Below are positions 1 to 9,777 of a DNA stretch of 64,000 nt, one piece after another. Made by a program: the position numbers and the translations under genes. Below the pieces are notes generated by a model. It worked only from the letters and a program-made list of their open reading frames with translations, was not told the DNA's origin and searched no databases. Position 1 is the stretch's first letter; each line of letters begins with the position of its first letter. Origin of the DNA: Nitrospirota bacterium (lineage in GTDB: Bacteria; Nitrospirota; Thermodesulfovibrionia; UBA6902; JAJYJJ01); assembly GCA_021789595.1 (NCBI GenBank), contig JAJYJJ010000005.1:44495-108494 (forward strand). Direction: 5' to 3'.

Positions 1-116
1 TCGGCAATACAATAGATAAGGTTATAACAGATCGTATCCCCTATAATAAATTCAGCGATGCATTTGCACATCACGGTTCTGAAGAGATTAAAACTGTTGT
101 GGAGTGGATGCCATGA
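1..116 (+). CDS. C-terminal fragment of a gene running in from the left edge, probably a Zn-dependent glucose 1-dehydrogenase (MDR family)
   Basis: Frame from nt 3 reads GNTIDKVITDRIPYNKFSDAFAHHGSEEIKTVVEWMP*, resembling an MDR C-terminus (IT-x-R...F...IKxVxEW). Its TGA (114-116) overlaps the glucoamylase ATG (ATGA). The product is inferred from this short tail and the neighbourhood. Confidence 0.55.
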   Translation, partial: GNTIDKVITDRIPYNKFSDAFAHHGSEEIKTVVEWMP

Positions 117-2506
117 GTATAATAGAAGCACCTGGCAATCCAGGTATTGAGCCAAAATGGACATCAAGTGCTAAAAGTGCAGTAGGAACAGATATCCGTG
201 ATAAAAGCCATGTATGGTTTACACTGAGTCACGGGATAATCAACGAGATCTATTATCCACGCATCGACCAGGCATGCACAAGGGATATGGGGCTGATTAT
301 AACAGACGGCAGCTCTTTTTTCTCTGAAGAAAAGAGAGATGCCAATCACGAGATAAAATACCTTGTTGACGGAGTCCCTGCATTCAGTCTTATAAACACA
401 TGCAACCTATCCCGATACAGGATATATAAAGAGATAATTACTGATCCTGAAAGGAATACCCTGCTCCAGTGGATTCGTTTTGAACCGCTTAAAGGTGATA
501 TAGGCGATTATCATGTATATGCCTTGTTTGCCCCCCATATATGGAACAGAGGCTATGGGAATAATGCTGTCGTTGATGAATACAAGGGCATTCCAATGCT
601 CTTTGCATACAGGGAGGGTGCTGCACTTGCACTTGCATGTTCAACAGGATTCCTGAAGAGGTCAGTTGGCTTTGTCGGGGTATCAGATGGCTGGCAGGAT
701 ATTTATCAGCACAAGACAATGCAATGGGAATATACATCAGCAAAAGATGGTAATGTAGCCGCTGCCGCTGAGATAGACCATATTAAAAACAATGGAGAAT
801 TTATCCTGTCTCTTGGATTTGGCAGGACAATGGCTGAGGCAGGCAATAATGCAATCGCCTCGCTTTTAAAAGGCTTCAATAGATGCAGGGTAGAATATAT
901 TGAAGGCTGGAGATCCTATCAGGAGAGCCTGCCTTACATAAAAAGAACAACCTTAACAAAAGACATTGATATATACCGCACAAGCATCTCTGTCTTGAAA
1001 ATACACGATGCAAAACATGTCCCGGGGGCAGTAATCGCCTCTTTATCCATACCATGGGGGCAGGCAATGGGGGATGATGATATAGGCGGGTATCATCTGA
1101 TCTGGCCGAGGGATCTTGTAGAAACAGCAGGAGGCCTTCTTGCAGCAGGTGATCACAGGGCTGCAAGAGATATCCTCTTTTATCTTATGACTACCCAGGA
1201 AGCAGATGGACACTGGCCGCAGAATATGTGGATAGATGGTATACCATTCTGGGGCGGTATACAGATGGATGAAACAGCCTTCCCAATACTGCTGGCAGGT
1301 ATGTTGAAACGAGAGGCCGCCCTGGATAAACTTGACCCGTGGAACATGATTGAGAAGGCGGCCAGGTTTATTATCTGTAATGGCCCTGTTACACAACAGG
1401 ATCGATGGGAAGAGGATCCTGGTTATTCGCCATTTACGCTGTCAGTTGAGATATCCGCTCTTGTTGTGGCTGCTGAATTTGCAGAAGAAAAGGGGCAATA
1501 CAATAAGGCCATTTACATGAGAGAAACAGCAGATATGTGGAATGCCTCCATAGAGAGGTGGGCATATGTAACCGATACGGCTATAGCCAGAGAATTAGGG
1601 ATAGACGGCTATTATGTAAGGATTTCACCACCTGAGGTGGCTGATGCAGGCTCACCTATAAATGGCTTTGTCCCTATTAAAAATAGACCGCCTGGAAAGG
1701 ATGTTGAAAGTGCTACACATATTATAAGCACTGATTTCCTTGCACTTGTCAGGTTTGGTTTAAGAACACCTGATAATCCTCGCATCCTGAATACACTAAA
1801 GGCTGTAGATGCTATACTTAAAGTAGAAACACCTTGTGGTACATCATGGCACAGGTATAATGATGATGGCTATGGTGAGCATAACGATGGAGAGCCCTTT
1901 GATGGCACAGGTATAGGTCGGCTCTGGCCCCTTCTCACTGGCGAAAGGGCACACTACGAACTGCAGAGCGGCAATACTGAACAGGCAAAAAAACTGCTTT
2001 CTGACATGGAGAGGTTCAGTAACGAATCTGGATTGATGGCTGAACAGGTCTGGGATTCAGATGATATTAAGGAAAAGGAATTATCCTTTGGTCGTCCTTC
2101 TGGTTCTGCCATGCCTCTTGTATGGGCACACTCAGAGTACATCAAGCTTGTTCGTTCAATACAGGATGGAAAGGTCTTTGATATGCTGCCACAGGTATAC
2201 AGGAGATATGTGCTTGAAAAACATGATTCGAACATCTGGTCATGGAAATTCAATCAGAAATGCAGGGCAATCAAAAAAGGCAATAACCTCAGGATAGAAA
2301 CAATCTCACCTGTAATTGTTCATTGGAGCACTGATGCATGGCAGACAACCCATGATGCTGAATCGAGGGACACAGGATTGGGCACGCATGTTACTGATAT
2401 CGAAACTGAACACCTGCCATCAGGTTCAAACATCCTCTTTACATTTTACTGGATAACAGAAAATCGGTGGGAAGGCAAAGATTACAAGGTTGAAATAAAA
2501 GATTAA
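113..2506 (+). CDS. glucoamylase / glucan 1,4-alpha-glucosidase (GH15 with glucodextranase-like N domain)
   Basis: APG-PG...WTSSAK N-terminus, GGYHLIWPRDLVE, QMDETAFP, QDRWEE, GRLWPLLTGE, SAMPLVWAHSEY. Start placed at ATG 113 (GGAG 8 nt upstream) rather than GTG 104. Confidence 0.92.
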   Translation: MSIIEAPGNPGIEPKWTSSAKSAVGTDIRDKSHVWFTLSHGIINEIYYPRIDQACTRDMGLIITDGSSFFSEEKRDANHEIKYLVDGVPAFSLINTCNLSRYRIYKEIITDPERNTLLQWIRFEPLKGDIGDYHVYALFAPHIWNRGYGNNAVVDEYKGIPMLFAYREGAALALACSTGFLKRSVGFVGVSDGWQDIYQHKTMQWEYTSAKDGNVAAAAEIDHIKNNGEFILSLGFGRTMAEAGNNAIASLLKGFNRCRVEYIEGWRSYQESLPYIKRTTLTKDIDIYRTSISVLKIHDAKHVPGAVIASLSIPWGQAMGDDDIGGYHLIWPRDLVETAGGLLAAGDHRAARDILFYLMTTQEADGHWPQNMWIDGIPFWGGIQMDETAFPILLAGMLKREAALDKLDPWNMIEKAARFIICNGPVTQQDRWEEDPGYSPFTLSVEISALVVAAEFAEEKGQYNKAIYMRETADMWNASIERWAYVTDTAIARELGIDGYYVRISPPEVADAGSPINGFVPIKNRPPGKDVESATHIISTDFLALVRFGLRTPDNPRILNTLKAVDAILKVETPCGTSWHRYNDDGYGEHNDGEPFDGTGIGRLWPLLTGERAHYELQSGNTEQAKKLLSDMERFSNESGLMAEQVWDSDDIKEKELSFGRPSGSAMPLVWAHSEYIKLVRSIQDGKVFDMLPQVYRRYVLEKHDSNIWSWKFNQKCRAIKKGNNLRIETISPVIVHWSTDAWQTTHDAESRDTGLGTHVTDIETEHLPSGSNILFTFYWITENRWEGKDYKVEIKD

Positions 2507-2507
2507 T

Positions 2508-3731
2508 ATGGGCAGATGGTATCAATGGCTGTCACCATGGTATATTGCATATGCCCTGCTTGGCGCAATTGCTGTTGGTATCCTGCCGATCCTTATCCCA
2601 CTTGCATCAAGTACAGGCGGAGCCGCCAGGATAGGCATGGTAATGGCAGCCTTAAATCTTGGCGGCATGTCTGCCTTAATATCTGGACTTTTATGCGATA
2701 GATTCAGATTGCACAAAACAGTTGCAATCTCAGGACTGCTGATCCTTACAATAAGTACAGCCTTATTCCCGTTTTTTACTGATCTAATCTCAAGGACAAT
2801 ACTTGCCATACTCATAGGCACAGGTATAGCCGCAGCATCCACAGTTGCCAATCTTCTGATCGTAGAGGTCTATCCTAAAGAGCAGTGGGACAGTCGTATA
2901 GGCTGGCTGCAGACAGCCTTCTGCATAGGTCAAGTTGCTGGATTAATACTTGCAAGCCCATTTAGCAATCATATTTCTGCTGGACTGTTGACAACATCCG
3001 TACTTGCAATCATCGCTGTTATTGTATCCGTTTTTACAATACATACACCAGGCAAACCATTGAAATCCCTAAGGGCAGAGCCAACCGGTATAAGACACGG
3101 TGAATGGGGGATAAGCAGTCCTGACAGGGCACACCATCATCTCAGTATAAAGGCATTAAGGGGTATAAAGATGGTTTTCACAACACCCTTTGGTATTTTT
3201 TTACTCGCCTGGCTGTTTGTGTATACAGGTGCTGCAGGCATATTCTCTCTGTATCCTGTGCTATACCAACATCTTTACAATGTTAATCCTCAGGTATCTT
3301 CTATCGGATTCGCTGCATCTGTAGCCATAGGTTTATTTCTGTATGCCCCTTCTGGAAAGCTGTCAGAACGCTTTGGTGCTAATCGTGTGCTGAATATCTC
3401 CATACTGATAAGATTAATAGCATTTTTATTACTGTGGTTATTAACATTCTCTAAAACTACACACACAGGCATTGCCTCATTATTGATATTCGGAATAGTT
3501 GTCTTGGCATGGTCACCATTAAGCGTAAGCAGCACAGCATTTACAGCCTCCTCTGCAGGTATCGGGGAAGGCGAGGCAATGGGGCTTTACACCACTGTAA
3601 GCAGCCTTGCTGGCGTTATTGGTTCATTGGCAGGAGGAGAAATCGCTCTCTTTTTTGGATATAGGGCTGTGCCACTGCTGGCGGTTATCTTATTAAGTAT
3701 AGGTTTGTTGGTCAATACACAGCACAAATAG
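2508..3731 (+). CDS. MFS transporter
   Basis: About 12 hydrophobic segments; motif-A-like GLLCDRF and GKLSERFG; 1 nt after the glucoamylase stop. Confidence 0.88.
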   Translation: MGRWYQWLSPWYIAYALLGAIAVGILPILIPLASSTGGAARIGMVMAALNLGGMSALISGLLCDRFRLHKTVAISGLLILTISTALFPFFTDLISRTILAILIGTGIAAASTVANLLIVEVYPKEQWDSRIGWLQTAFCIGQVAGLILASPFSNHISAGLLTTSVLAIIAVIVSVFTIHTPGKPLKSLRAEPTGIRHGEWGISSPDRAHHHLSIKALRGIKMVFTTPFGIFLLAWLFVYTGAAGIFSLYPVLYQHLYNVNPQVSSIGFAASVAIGLFLYAPSGKLSERFGANRVLNISILIRLIAFLLLWLLTFSKTTHTGIASLLIFGIVVLAWSPLSVSSTAFTASSAGIGEGEAMGLYTTVSSLAGVIGSLAGGEIALFFGYRAVPLLAVILLSIGLLVNTQHK

Positions 3732-3816
3732 GATATGACCTATCTAAAGATTCAGCAGAGTCCTATAATTGCTGTCTGGCTGTTTTGACTTTTCTGGTTT
3801 ATTTTCATTATTCTAA

Positions 3817-4479
3817 ATGATTATGATTGATCTCCACACACACTCGATATTCAGCGATGGTGAACTGCTTCCATCAGAGCTTGTAAGGCGCGGCCTTATA
3901 CACGGATACACTGCAATAGCCATAACAGACCACATGGATGCATCAAATATAGACCTTGTTATCCCGAGGATTGTAAAGGTGGCAGAGGGCCTCAGGGGGA
4001 AATGGGATATAGAGGTTATACCAGGCGCAGAGATTACACATGTGCCGCCATCATTGATAGGTGAGTTGGTAAAAGAGGCCAGAGTGCTCGGCGCAAGGCT
4101 TGTGGTATTACACGGTGAGACTATTGTAGAGCCTGTTGCACCAGGGACAAACAGGGCAGGCATCAATGCAGGGGTAGACATTATTGCACACCCTGGTATG
4201 ATTGCAGAAGAAGATGTTGTGCTTGCAAAGGCAAAAGGTATATATCTTGAGATAACCGCAAGAAAGGGGCACTGCCTTTGTAACGGCCACATCGCAGCCA
4301 TGGCAAAAAAGATTGGGGTAGGGGTCGTAATAAATACAGATGCCCACAGCCCTGATGATCTGATCACAAAGGAAAGGGCAAGGGAAATACTCACGGGCTC
4401 TGGCCTTTCAGATGACCTTGTCGAGGCTGTATTCAACAATGCGAATCAATTGATAGAAAGGATAAGGAGGGGAACTTAG
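3817..4479 (+). CDS. PHP-domain protein (histidinol-phosphatase-like)
   Basis: DLHTHSIFSDG, AITDH, AHPG, NTDAH motifs. Confidence 0.9.
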   Translation: MIMIDLHTHSIFSDGELLPSELVRRGLIHGYTAIAITDHMDASNIDLVIPRIVKVAEGLRGKWDIEVIPGAEITHVPPSLIGELVKEARVLGARLVVLHGETIVEPVAPGTNRAGINAGVDIIAHPGMIAEEDVVLAKAKGIYLEITARKGHCLCNGHIAAMAKKIGVGVVINTDAHSPDDLITKERAREILTGSGLSDDLVEAVFNNANQLIERIRRGT

Positions 4480-5172
4480 ATGCCAAAGGCCATCAAGAAG
4501 AAGGTAAAAAAGAAACCACTCAATGAGGCTGAGGTAAGGAGCCTTATATCAGGCATATCTTCACGGATAAAAGGGCATAAAAACACACTGAGATATGTTG
4601 TGCCATCTGTAATAGCCGTTATTGTTATTGTCGCAGGCATCTACGCCTATAATGTCATACAGGCAAGGAAGGCCGCTGCCCTTGAGCGGGAGGCATATAA
4701 CTACTACTACGGCATACAGATGAAAAACCCGCTACCCCCAACCGACAGGATAAGAAAGGCGTGGGAGCTTTACAAAAAGGCTGTAGATATCAGAGAAACG
4801 CCGGATGCCCTTTTCTATCTCGGCAATTGCTACTACCAGCTCGGTGACAATGTCAACGCATTGAAGATCTACAGGAGCTTCCTTGAAAAATATTCCTCCA
4901 ACAAATACTTAGCACCTATCGTTATGGAGAAGATAGCCGCTACAGACCTGAAGATGGGCAAAAACGATGCGGCTATAAAAGACCTCAAACAGTTGGCAGA
5001 TGCAAAGTTGGGGATCTTTGCTGACAGGGCATTGTATGAGATGGCTGGGATATACGAGGCATCGGGCAAACCTGATGAGGCAAAAAAGCTATACAAAGAG
5101 CTGATAGCTAAATTTCCATCATCTCCATGGGCAGGTGATGCAAAGGCAAAGGCAGAGACAAAGGCCTCTTGA
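4480..5172 (+). CDS. membrane-anchored TPR protein (YfgM-like)
   Basis: Basic N-terminus, one TM helix, TPR-like repeats (ALFYLGNCYY, ALYEMAGIYE). Confidence 0.8.
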   Translation: MPKAIKKKVKKKPLNEAEVRSLISGISSRIKGHKNTLRYVVPSVIAVIVIVAGIYAYNVIQARKAAALEREAYNYYYGIQMKNPLPPTDRIRKAWELYKKAVDIRETPDALFYLGNCYYQLGDNVNALKIYRSFLEKYSSNKYLAPIVMEKIAATDLKMGKNDAAIKDLKQLADAKLGIFADRALYEMAGIYEASGKPDEAKKLYKELIAKFPSSPWAGDAKAKAETKAS

Positions 5173-6570
5173 TCAGGAAGCCTTATCCTTCTTTACAGCA
5201 GATGTGACAATATATCGCTTCTTTGCTACCTTCCTCTTCAGATGGGTCTTCACAGCCCTGATGTGTTTAACATGGAGACGCTTCTTAAGGTTCTTAACCT
5301 TATGCCTTTTTGTATTCGTCTCATTATCTACAGACAATGGCCCCTTATCCTTTGGCGGGATTAGCAGGTAATCCCCTGCATGCGGCCTATAGTGTTTATC
5401 AAAGGAGTTTGCAGCAAGAATTACACTTGGAGGAATCCTGAATCTATTAGCAATCTTCTTAAGAGTATCTCCCCTCTTAACTTCATATCTGGTTACAGTG
5501 AAAAGCTCATTATCTGGAAGCTTGGAGAGGTTCTCCACGAATATATCCTTTGTGCCAGGGGGGATCCTGATCGTGTAATGCAATACATTGGGCGGCGTAC
5601 CCCACCTCTTTAGTTCAGGGTTAAGCTCCTTTATCTCATCTATGGTTGTCTCTGCGCACCGGGCAATAACATCGATATCCATTGGAGAATCTATAGTAAC
5701 CTCATCGTATTCAAGCGGTCTGTGGTATGCCACATTCTCAAAGCCGTAGTCTTCGGGGTCTTTGGCAATTGTTACAGCGGCCATGTAAAACGGAACATAG
5801 TTTTTCGTCTCCCTTTTTATATACCTCGTGTCCCTCAGTGCCCAGAAATCGTCTGTCTTGCTTTTACTAATGGCCTTCAGTATCTTGCCTTCTCCTGCAT
5901 TATATGCAGCAAGCGCAAGATTCCATGAACCGAACATATCATACAGGTCGCTGAGATATTCAGCAGCGGCAATGGTTGATTTCACAGGGTCCCTTCGTTC
6001 ATCCACCCACCAGTTTATCTTCAGGCCGTATCGCCTTGCAGTAGATGCTACAAACTGCCATGGGCCAACAGCCTTTGCCCAGGAATAGGCATAGGGATTA
6101 AAACCACTTTCTATCAATGGAAGAAAGACGAGGTCCCGTGGAAGCCCTTTTTCCTCGAATATGCCCCTCATAAGCTCCAAGTATCTGCCTGACCTGCTCA
6201 GCCATTCTGTAAACTTCTCCTTTAGCCTCCCTGTGAAAAACTTTATACTCTTCATGACAGGTTTATTTTCCGAAAGATTAAGTGATGGAGCTAATGATGT
6301 CCCATCACCTGTCTGCGCGTTCTGCACAGGCAGAGAGGACTCTGTCCCTTCAACCTTCGACAAACCCGACTCCGTATTAAGGGTTTTTATCTGTGTCGGA
6401 CTATCCTCATGCTGGTTTTGTTGGTCGGCTTTCTGAGTCTCTATGGATTGTGTATTATCCTTTATCGGGACATCATCTGCACCGAAGGCAGGCAAGGCAA
6501 ATAAAAAAGACATGATTATAGCTACTATGATCTTACGCATAGATATCCTTATCTCATTAAAAAATCGCAT
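5173..6570 (-). CDS. mltD: lytic transglycosylase with LysM domains (MltD-like)
   Basis: Signal peptide, LPLIESGF catalytic Glu, AVGPWQF, LAAYNAGE, LysM YEVKRGDTL. Confidence 0.88.
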   Translation of the reverse strand: MRFFNEIRISMRKIIVAIIMSFLFALPAFGADDVPIKDNTQSIETQKADQQNQHEDSPTQIKTLNTESGLSKVEGTESSLPVQNAQTGDGTSLAPSLNLSENKPVMKSIKFFTGRLKEKFTEWLSRSGRYLELMRGIFEEKGLPRDLVFLPLIESGFNPYAYSWAKAVGPWQFVASTARRYGLKINWWVDERRDPVKSTIAAAEYLSDLYDMFGSWNLALAAYNAGEGKILKAISKSKTDDFWALRDTRYIKRETKNYVPFYMAAVTIAKDPEDYGFENVAYHRPLEYDEVTIDSPMDIDVIARCAETTIDEIKELNPELKRWGTPPNVLHYTIRIPPGTKDIFVENLSKLPDNELFTVTRYEVKRGDTLKKIANRFRIPPSVILAANSFDKHYRPHAGDYLLIPPKDKGPLSVDNETNTKRHKVKNLKKRLHVKHIRAVKTHLKRKVAKKRYIVTSAVKKDKAS

Positions 6571-6753
6571 AAAACACCTATTTTTTACCCTATAAAGAGG
6601 TATTTGTCAAGAAAAAAGTTAGAGACCCGAAAGTTAGAGGTCGGTAATATTATCACCTTGCAGCCACAATTTCCCTTGACAGAATATTATTTCATGTGTA
6701 ATGTTTATCTCTAATAGTCTTTTAGAGATTCGGAATTAAAAGGAGGAAGATGT

Positions 6754-7365
6754 ATGTTTAAGAAAGTGTTTCTGTTAGTGGGCCTTTTAGTCTTTATCTT
6801 CTCAGCAAACGGCGTTTGGGCAGCGGCCATGAATAATTTCTCGGCTGATATGGAAACAACTACCAGCAGGGGGACTATGACCTCAAAGATGTATTACAAG
6901 GATATGAAACAAAGGATGGAGATTAACACAGAAAGAGGACAGGCCATCAACATCGTCAGGCTTGATAAAAAGCTGGTGTGGATGCTTATGCCTAAACAGC
7001 ATATGTACATGGAGATGCCCCTCAATATGCAAAAACAGGGTATCTCCTCTCAACTACACGACCCCCAGAGTAAAGTGACGAAGGAGTTTCTTGGTAACGA
7101 TACGGTTGACGGCCACCCTGCAAAGAAATACCATGTGACCGTAATTACAAACGGCAGGAAAGAATCAGGTTACATGTGGGAGGCTACAGACCTCAATAAT
7201 TTCCCTGTAAAGTATCAAAGCGAAGACAAGAAAACCACCGTTATCTGGAAAAACATCAAATTCGGCGGGATTCCTGACAGCCTTTTTGAGGTTCCTGCAG
7301 GATACAAAAAGATGGAAATGCCGATGATGCCTGGTATGGGCGGCCCTGGTATGCCGAGGAGGTAA
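6754..7365 (+). CDS. secreted DUF4412-like (LolA-like fold) protein
   Basis: Signal peptide, FSADM..., LGNDTVDGHPAKKY, LFEVPAGYKKM; RBS AAGGAGG; TTGACA upstream. Confidence 0.7.
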   Translation: MFKKVFLLVGLLVFIFSANGVWAAAMNNFSADMETTTSRGTMTSKMYYKDMKQRMEINTERGQAINIVRLDKKLVWMLMPKQHMYMEMPLNMQKQGISSQLHDPQSKVTKEFLGNDTVDGHPAKKYHVTVITNGRKESGYMWEATDLNNFPVKYQSEDKKTTVIWKNIKFGGIPDSLFEVPAGYKKMEMPMMPGMGGPGMPRR

Positions 7366-7411
7366 GGGACAGCGGCCGGCTTTCTTAAAAAATAAAAACC
7401 TTTAACCTCCC

Positions 7412-8755
7412 CTAAGCCGCCTTTGTTTTAAGGAATGTCGGCAGCCCGTTTGCTTCCCTCGGGCCGACAATAATCTTCCATCCCTCAAGCTTATCCTCCA
7501 GGGTGCCGCTCAATATTGCAACCTGCCCTGGGATTATAAGCTCCCTGTGTTTTACCTCGTTTTCAACCCCGCTTTCCTTTATAAACTGGGCTATCCTTGA
7601 TGCTGTGAACTTTCCTGCTGCCCATGCGGTAAGCACAGAAAGTCCCTCGCAATCCATAACAGCAAGCCTGCTTGGGACCTTGCTGTTTTCAACCTCCCCT
7701 GAGACTATGAAGTATGTCAGTGAGAAGTTGGTAGTAATCATCAGAGGTGCATCAGGCCCTGGCTCTCCTATCTTGTATATCTTCTGCTCAACCTGCATTG
7801 GGACCTGAGGGTCTGTATAGAGGTTCTGCCTTAATGTAAAGAGTGCAAGATTCTTCCACCGCTCTATGCTGCTCAGTACAACTATTGATGCATATTTTGC
7901 TATTGCAACAGAGGCAATGGCTGTCTCTATTAATGGGTCGTCCTTCATCACAATGTTTATGATTGGATAACCTAATGGCTTGAAGTTCTTTTTTATGGCA
8001 GCCCTTCTTATCTGGGTGTTGCCCTCAATAATGCCCTTTGCGCTTTTTGCACCTGGGTCTATAACAATATCCTCAACACCCATTGCCTTTGCCTTTTCCG
8101 CAAGGCTGCTTAATGCCTCAGGCCCCTCTGCATACAGGCCGAGCGGGGTCTTGTGTGCCTTTGCAATATTGACCATAGCATCTAAATTGTCTAACCTTGC
8201 CCCATACAGGAGAGGTTTCTTGTCAGCAATTGCCTTTACCGCTGCCTCCGCAGCCGATGCGTTAAAACAGTTAAGGATTATTGGCGTATCCGGTGCCCTG
8301 GAAGATACCATCCTTGTAACCGCCTCGTATCTGACAGCATCGTTAGAGGCGCATTCTATAGATATTGCATCAATCCTGAGTTTCTGCCCCACCCTGTCAA
8401 TCTCAGATGCAATAACCATAGCGACCTTCTTTTCTATCTCATTATCCGATTCACTGTCCTTTATATTCACTGCAAACGCACATGGGTTTACAAACCTCTT
8501 TTCATGTCTGAAAAGGACCGTCTCCTCTCCCATCTTGACTGCCTTATCCCCTGCACCAAGGATAATAGCCCTTACAGGCGGCGCAGATGCCTCACCGAGT
8601 ATCTTCTTTGCCTCCTCAGAGACATCAGGGCATGCATCCAGGGATGCCTGCCTCTGTGCAAGTTTCATGGCAAATGCAAGGCATGTAGGGAATCCGCATT
8701 TTTTACAGTTTGTTTTTGGAAGAAGTTTAAATATCTCAACACCACTTAGAGCCAT
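7412..8755 (-). CDS. acsC: corrinoid iron-sulfur protein large subunit (ACDS gamma)
   Basis: LPKTNCKKCGFPTCLAFA...CP Fe-S motif, LRQNLYTDPQ, TTNFSLTYF, SVLTAWAAGKF. Confidence 0.95.
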   Translation of the reverse strand: MALSGVEIFKLLPKTNCKKCGFPTCLAFAMKLAQRQASLDACPDVSEEAKKILGEASAPPVRAIILGAGDKAVKMGEETVLFRHEKRFVNPCAFAVNIKDSESDNEIEKKVAMVIASEIDRVGQKLRIDAISIECASNDAVRYEAVTRMVSSRAPDTPIILNCFNASAAEAAVKAIADKKPLLYGARLDNLDAMVNIAKAHKTPLGLYAEGPEALSSLAEKAKAMGVEDIVIDPGAKSAKGIIEGNTQIRRAAIKKNFKPLGYPIINIVMKDDPLIETAIASVAIAKYASIVVLSSIERWKNLALFTLRQNLYTDPQVPMQVEQKIYKIGEPGPDAPLMITTNFSLTYFIVSGEVENSKVPSRLAVMDCEGLSVLTAWAAGKFTASRIAQFIKESGVENEVKHRELIIPGQVAILSGTLEDKLEGWKIIVGPREANGLPTFLKTKAA

Positions 8756-8778
8756 TTTTACCTCCAGATTTATTAGAT

Positions 8779-8827
8779 TGAGGTTAAGGCAAAGGTTAAG
8801 AAAACCCTCAGCCTCAACCTTAGCCTT
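8779..8827. repeat. inverted array of degenerate hexamers (GGTTAA/GGCTGA-type) between acsD and acsC
   Basis: tgaggttaaggcaaaggttaag aaaac cctcagcctcaaccttagcctt. Confidence 0.45.
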
Positions 8828-9767
8828 TAGTCAATTCCTCGATTACCTTCTCCGCCTTCTCAACTGCCTTTGGATGCCTCATTATAAGGAGGTTGGCGCC
8901 TGCCAGTAACATCCCCATGGCTGTCACCACCTCCCATGCAATACCCCGCTCCTCAAGGCTTCCCCATTGCGGCATATCTTCCTCAGACGCAGAGACCTCT
9001 TTTGTCTTCCATACATACATGCCCACATCGCCGACAATAGGCGGCTGCATGGTCGTATCATTCTGTGTCAGTGCAGCAAGACGGATCCTTTCCATTACAG
9101 AATATGTATATTCAAGACCATAGCCGAGGGCAGAGCACATCGGGTCTGTAAGGAGTCTGTCTGTCTCAAAGCCCATCTGGGTAATGAGGATATTGAGCTG
9201 TTTTGCGAGGTTTATATCCAGCTCTGACATCGCAATGAGCTTGTGTTTATGGGCAAGTGCGGCTGCAACAATGGTCTTGTAATTACCCTCCTGTGCCTTG
9301 CCTATTATACAGTTCTTGCCTGTTGCTGCCTCTGCAGCAGCAACAATGACAGATGCATCCTTTTCAATATGGTTTGAGCCGAGGATGATTAAAGGCACAT
9401 CAACGACTGAGAGGACTTCCTTCACAGTCTTTGCTGCATCCTCTGCTGAACGGTCCTGCTTGTCAGGATGTGTTCCAACGAGCCTGAGGGCTATTGCCTT
9501 TGCATTCAGTTGTTCAACGCAGAACTTTGCCCACTTTGCAGCATCGTCATAGTATCCGTTGTAATATTTCTTGAGGTTATCAGGCCAGTCATCAGGGGTT
9601 ATATCCTGAATCTCCATAGCTATTACAGGCCTGTTTGGTATAGCCCCCTCAAATGAGAGAAAGGGCATTGTATTTTCTCCGCCGATGGCAATGGACTTTG
9701 CCCCCTCTCCGATTGTCATGCTGGCCACCTTTCCGCTATAGGTTTCCTTCGGGATTACATAAGCCAT
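8820..9767 (-). CDS. acsD: corrinoid iron-sulfur protein small subunit (ACDS delta)
   Basis: PFLSFEG, DINLAKQLNIL, ALGYGLEYTYSVMERIRLAAL, MRHP. Confidence 0.95.
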   Translation of the reverse strand: MAYVIPKETYSGKVASMTIGEGAKSIAIGGENTMPFLSFEGAIPNRPVIAMEIQDITPDDWPDNLKKYYNGYYDDAAKWAKFCVEQLNAKAIALRLVGTHPDKQDRSAEDAAKTVKEVLSVVDVPLIILGSNHIEKDASVIVAAAEAATGKNCIIGKAQEGNYKTIVAAALAHKHKLIAMSELDINLAKQLNILITQMGFETDRLLTDPMCSALGYGLEYTYSVMERIRLAALTQNDTTMQPPIVGDVGMYVWKTKEVSASEEDMPQWGSLEERGIAWEVVTAMGMLLAGANLLIMRHPKAVEKAEKVIEELTKG

Positions 9768-9777
9768 TTTCTCCTCC

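Noticed and set aside
7980-8909. 309-aa plus-strand ORF
   Set aside because: Antisense to acsC/acsD, with the Ser/Ala/Ile-rich composition typical of shadow frames.
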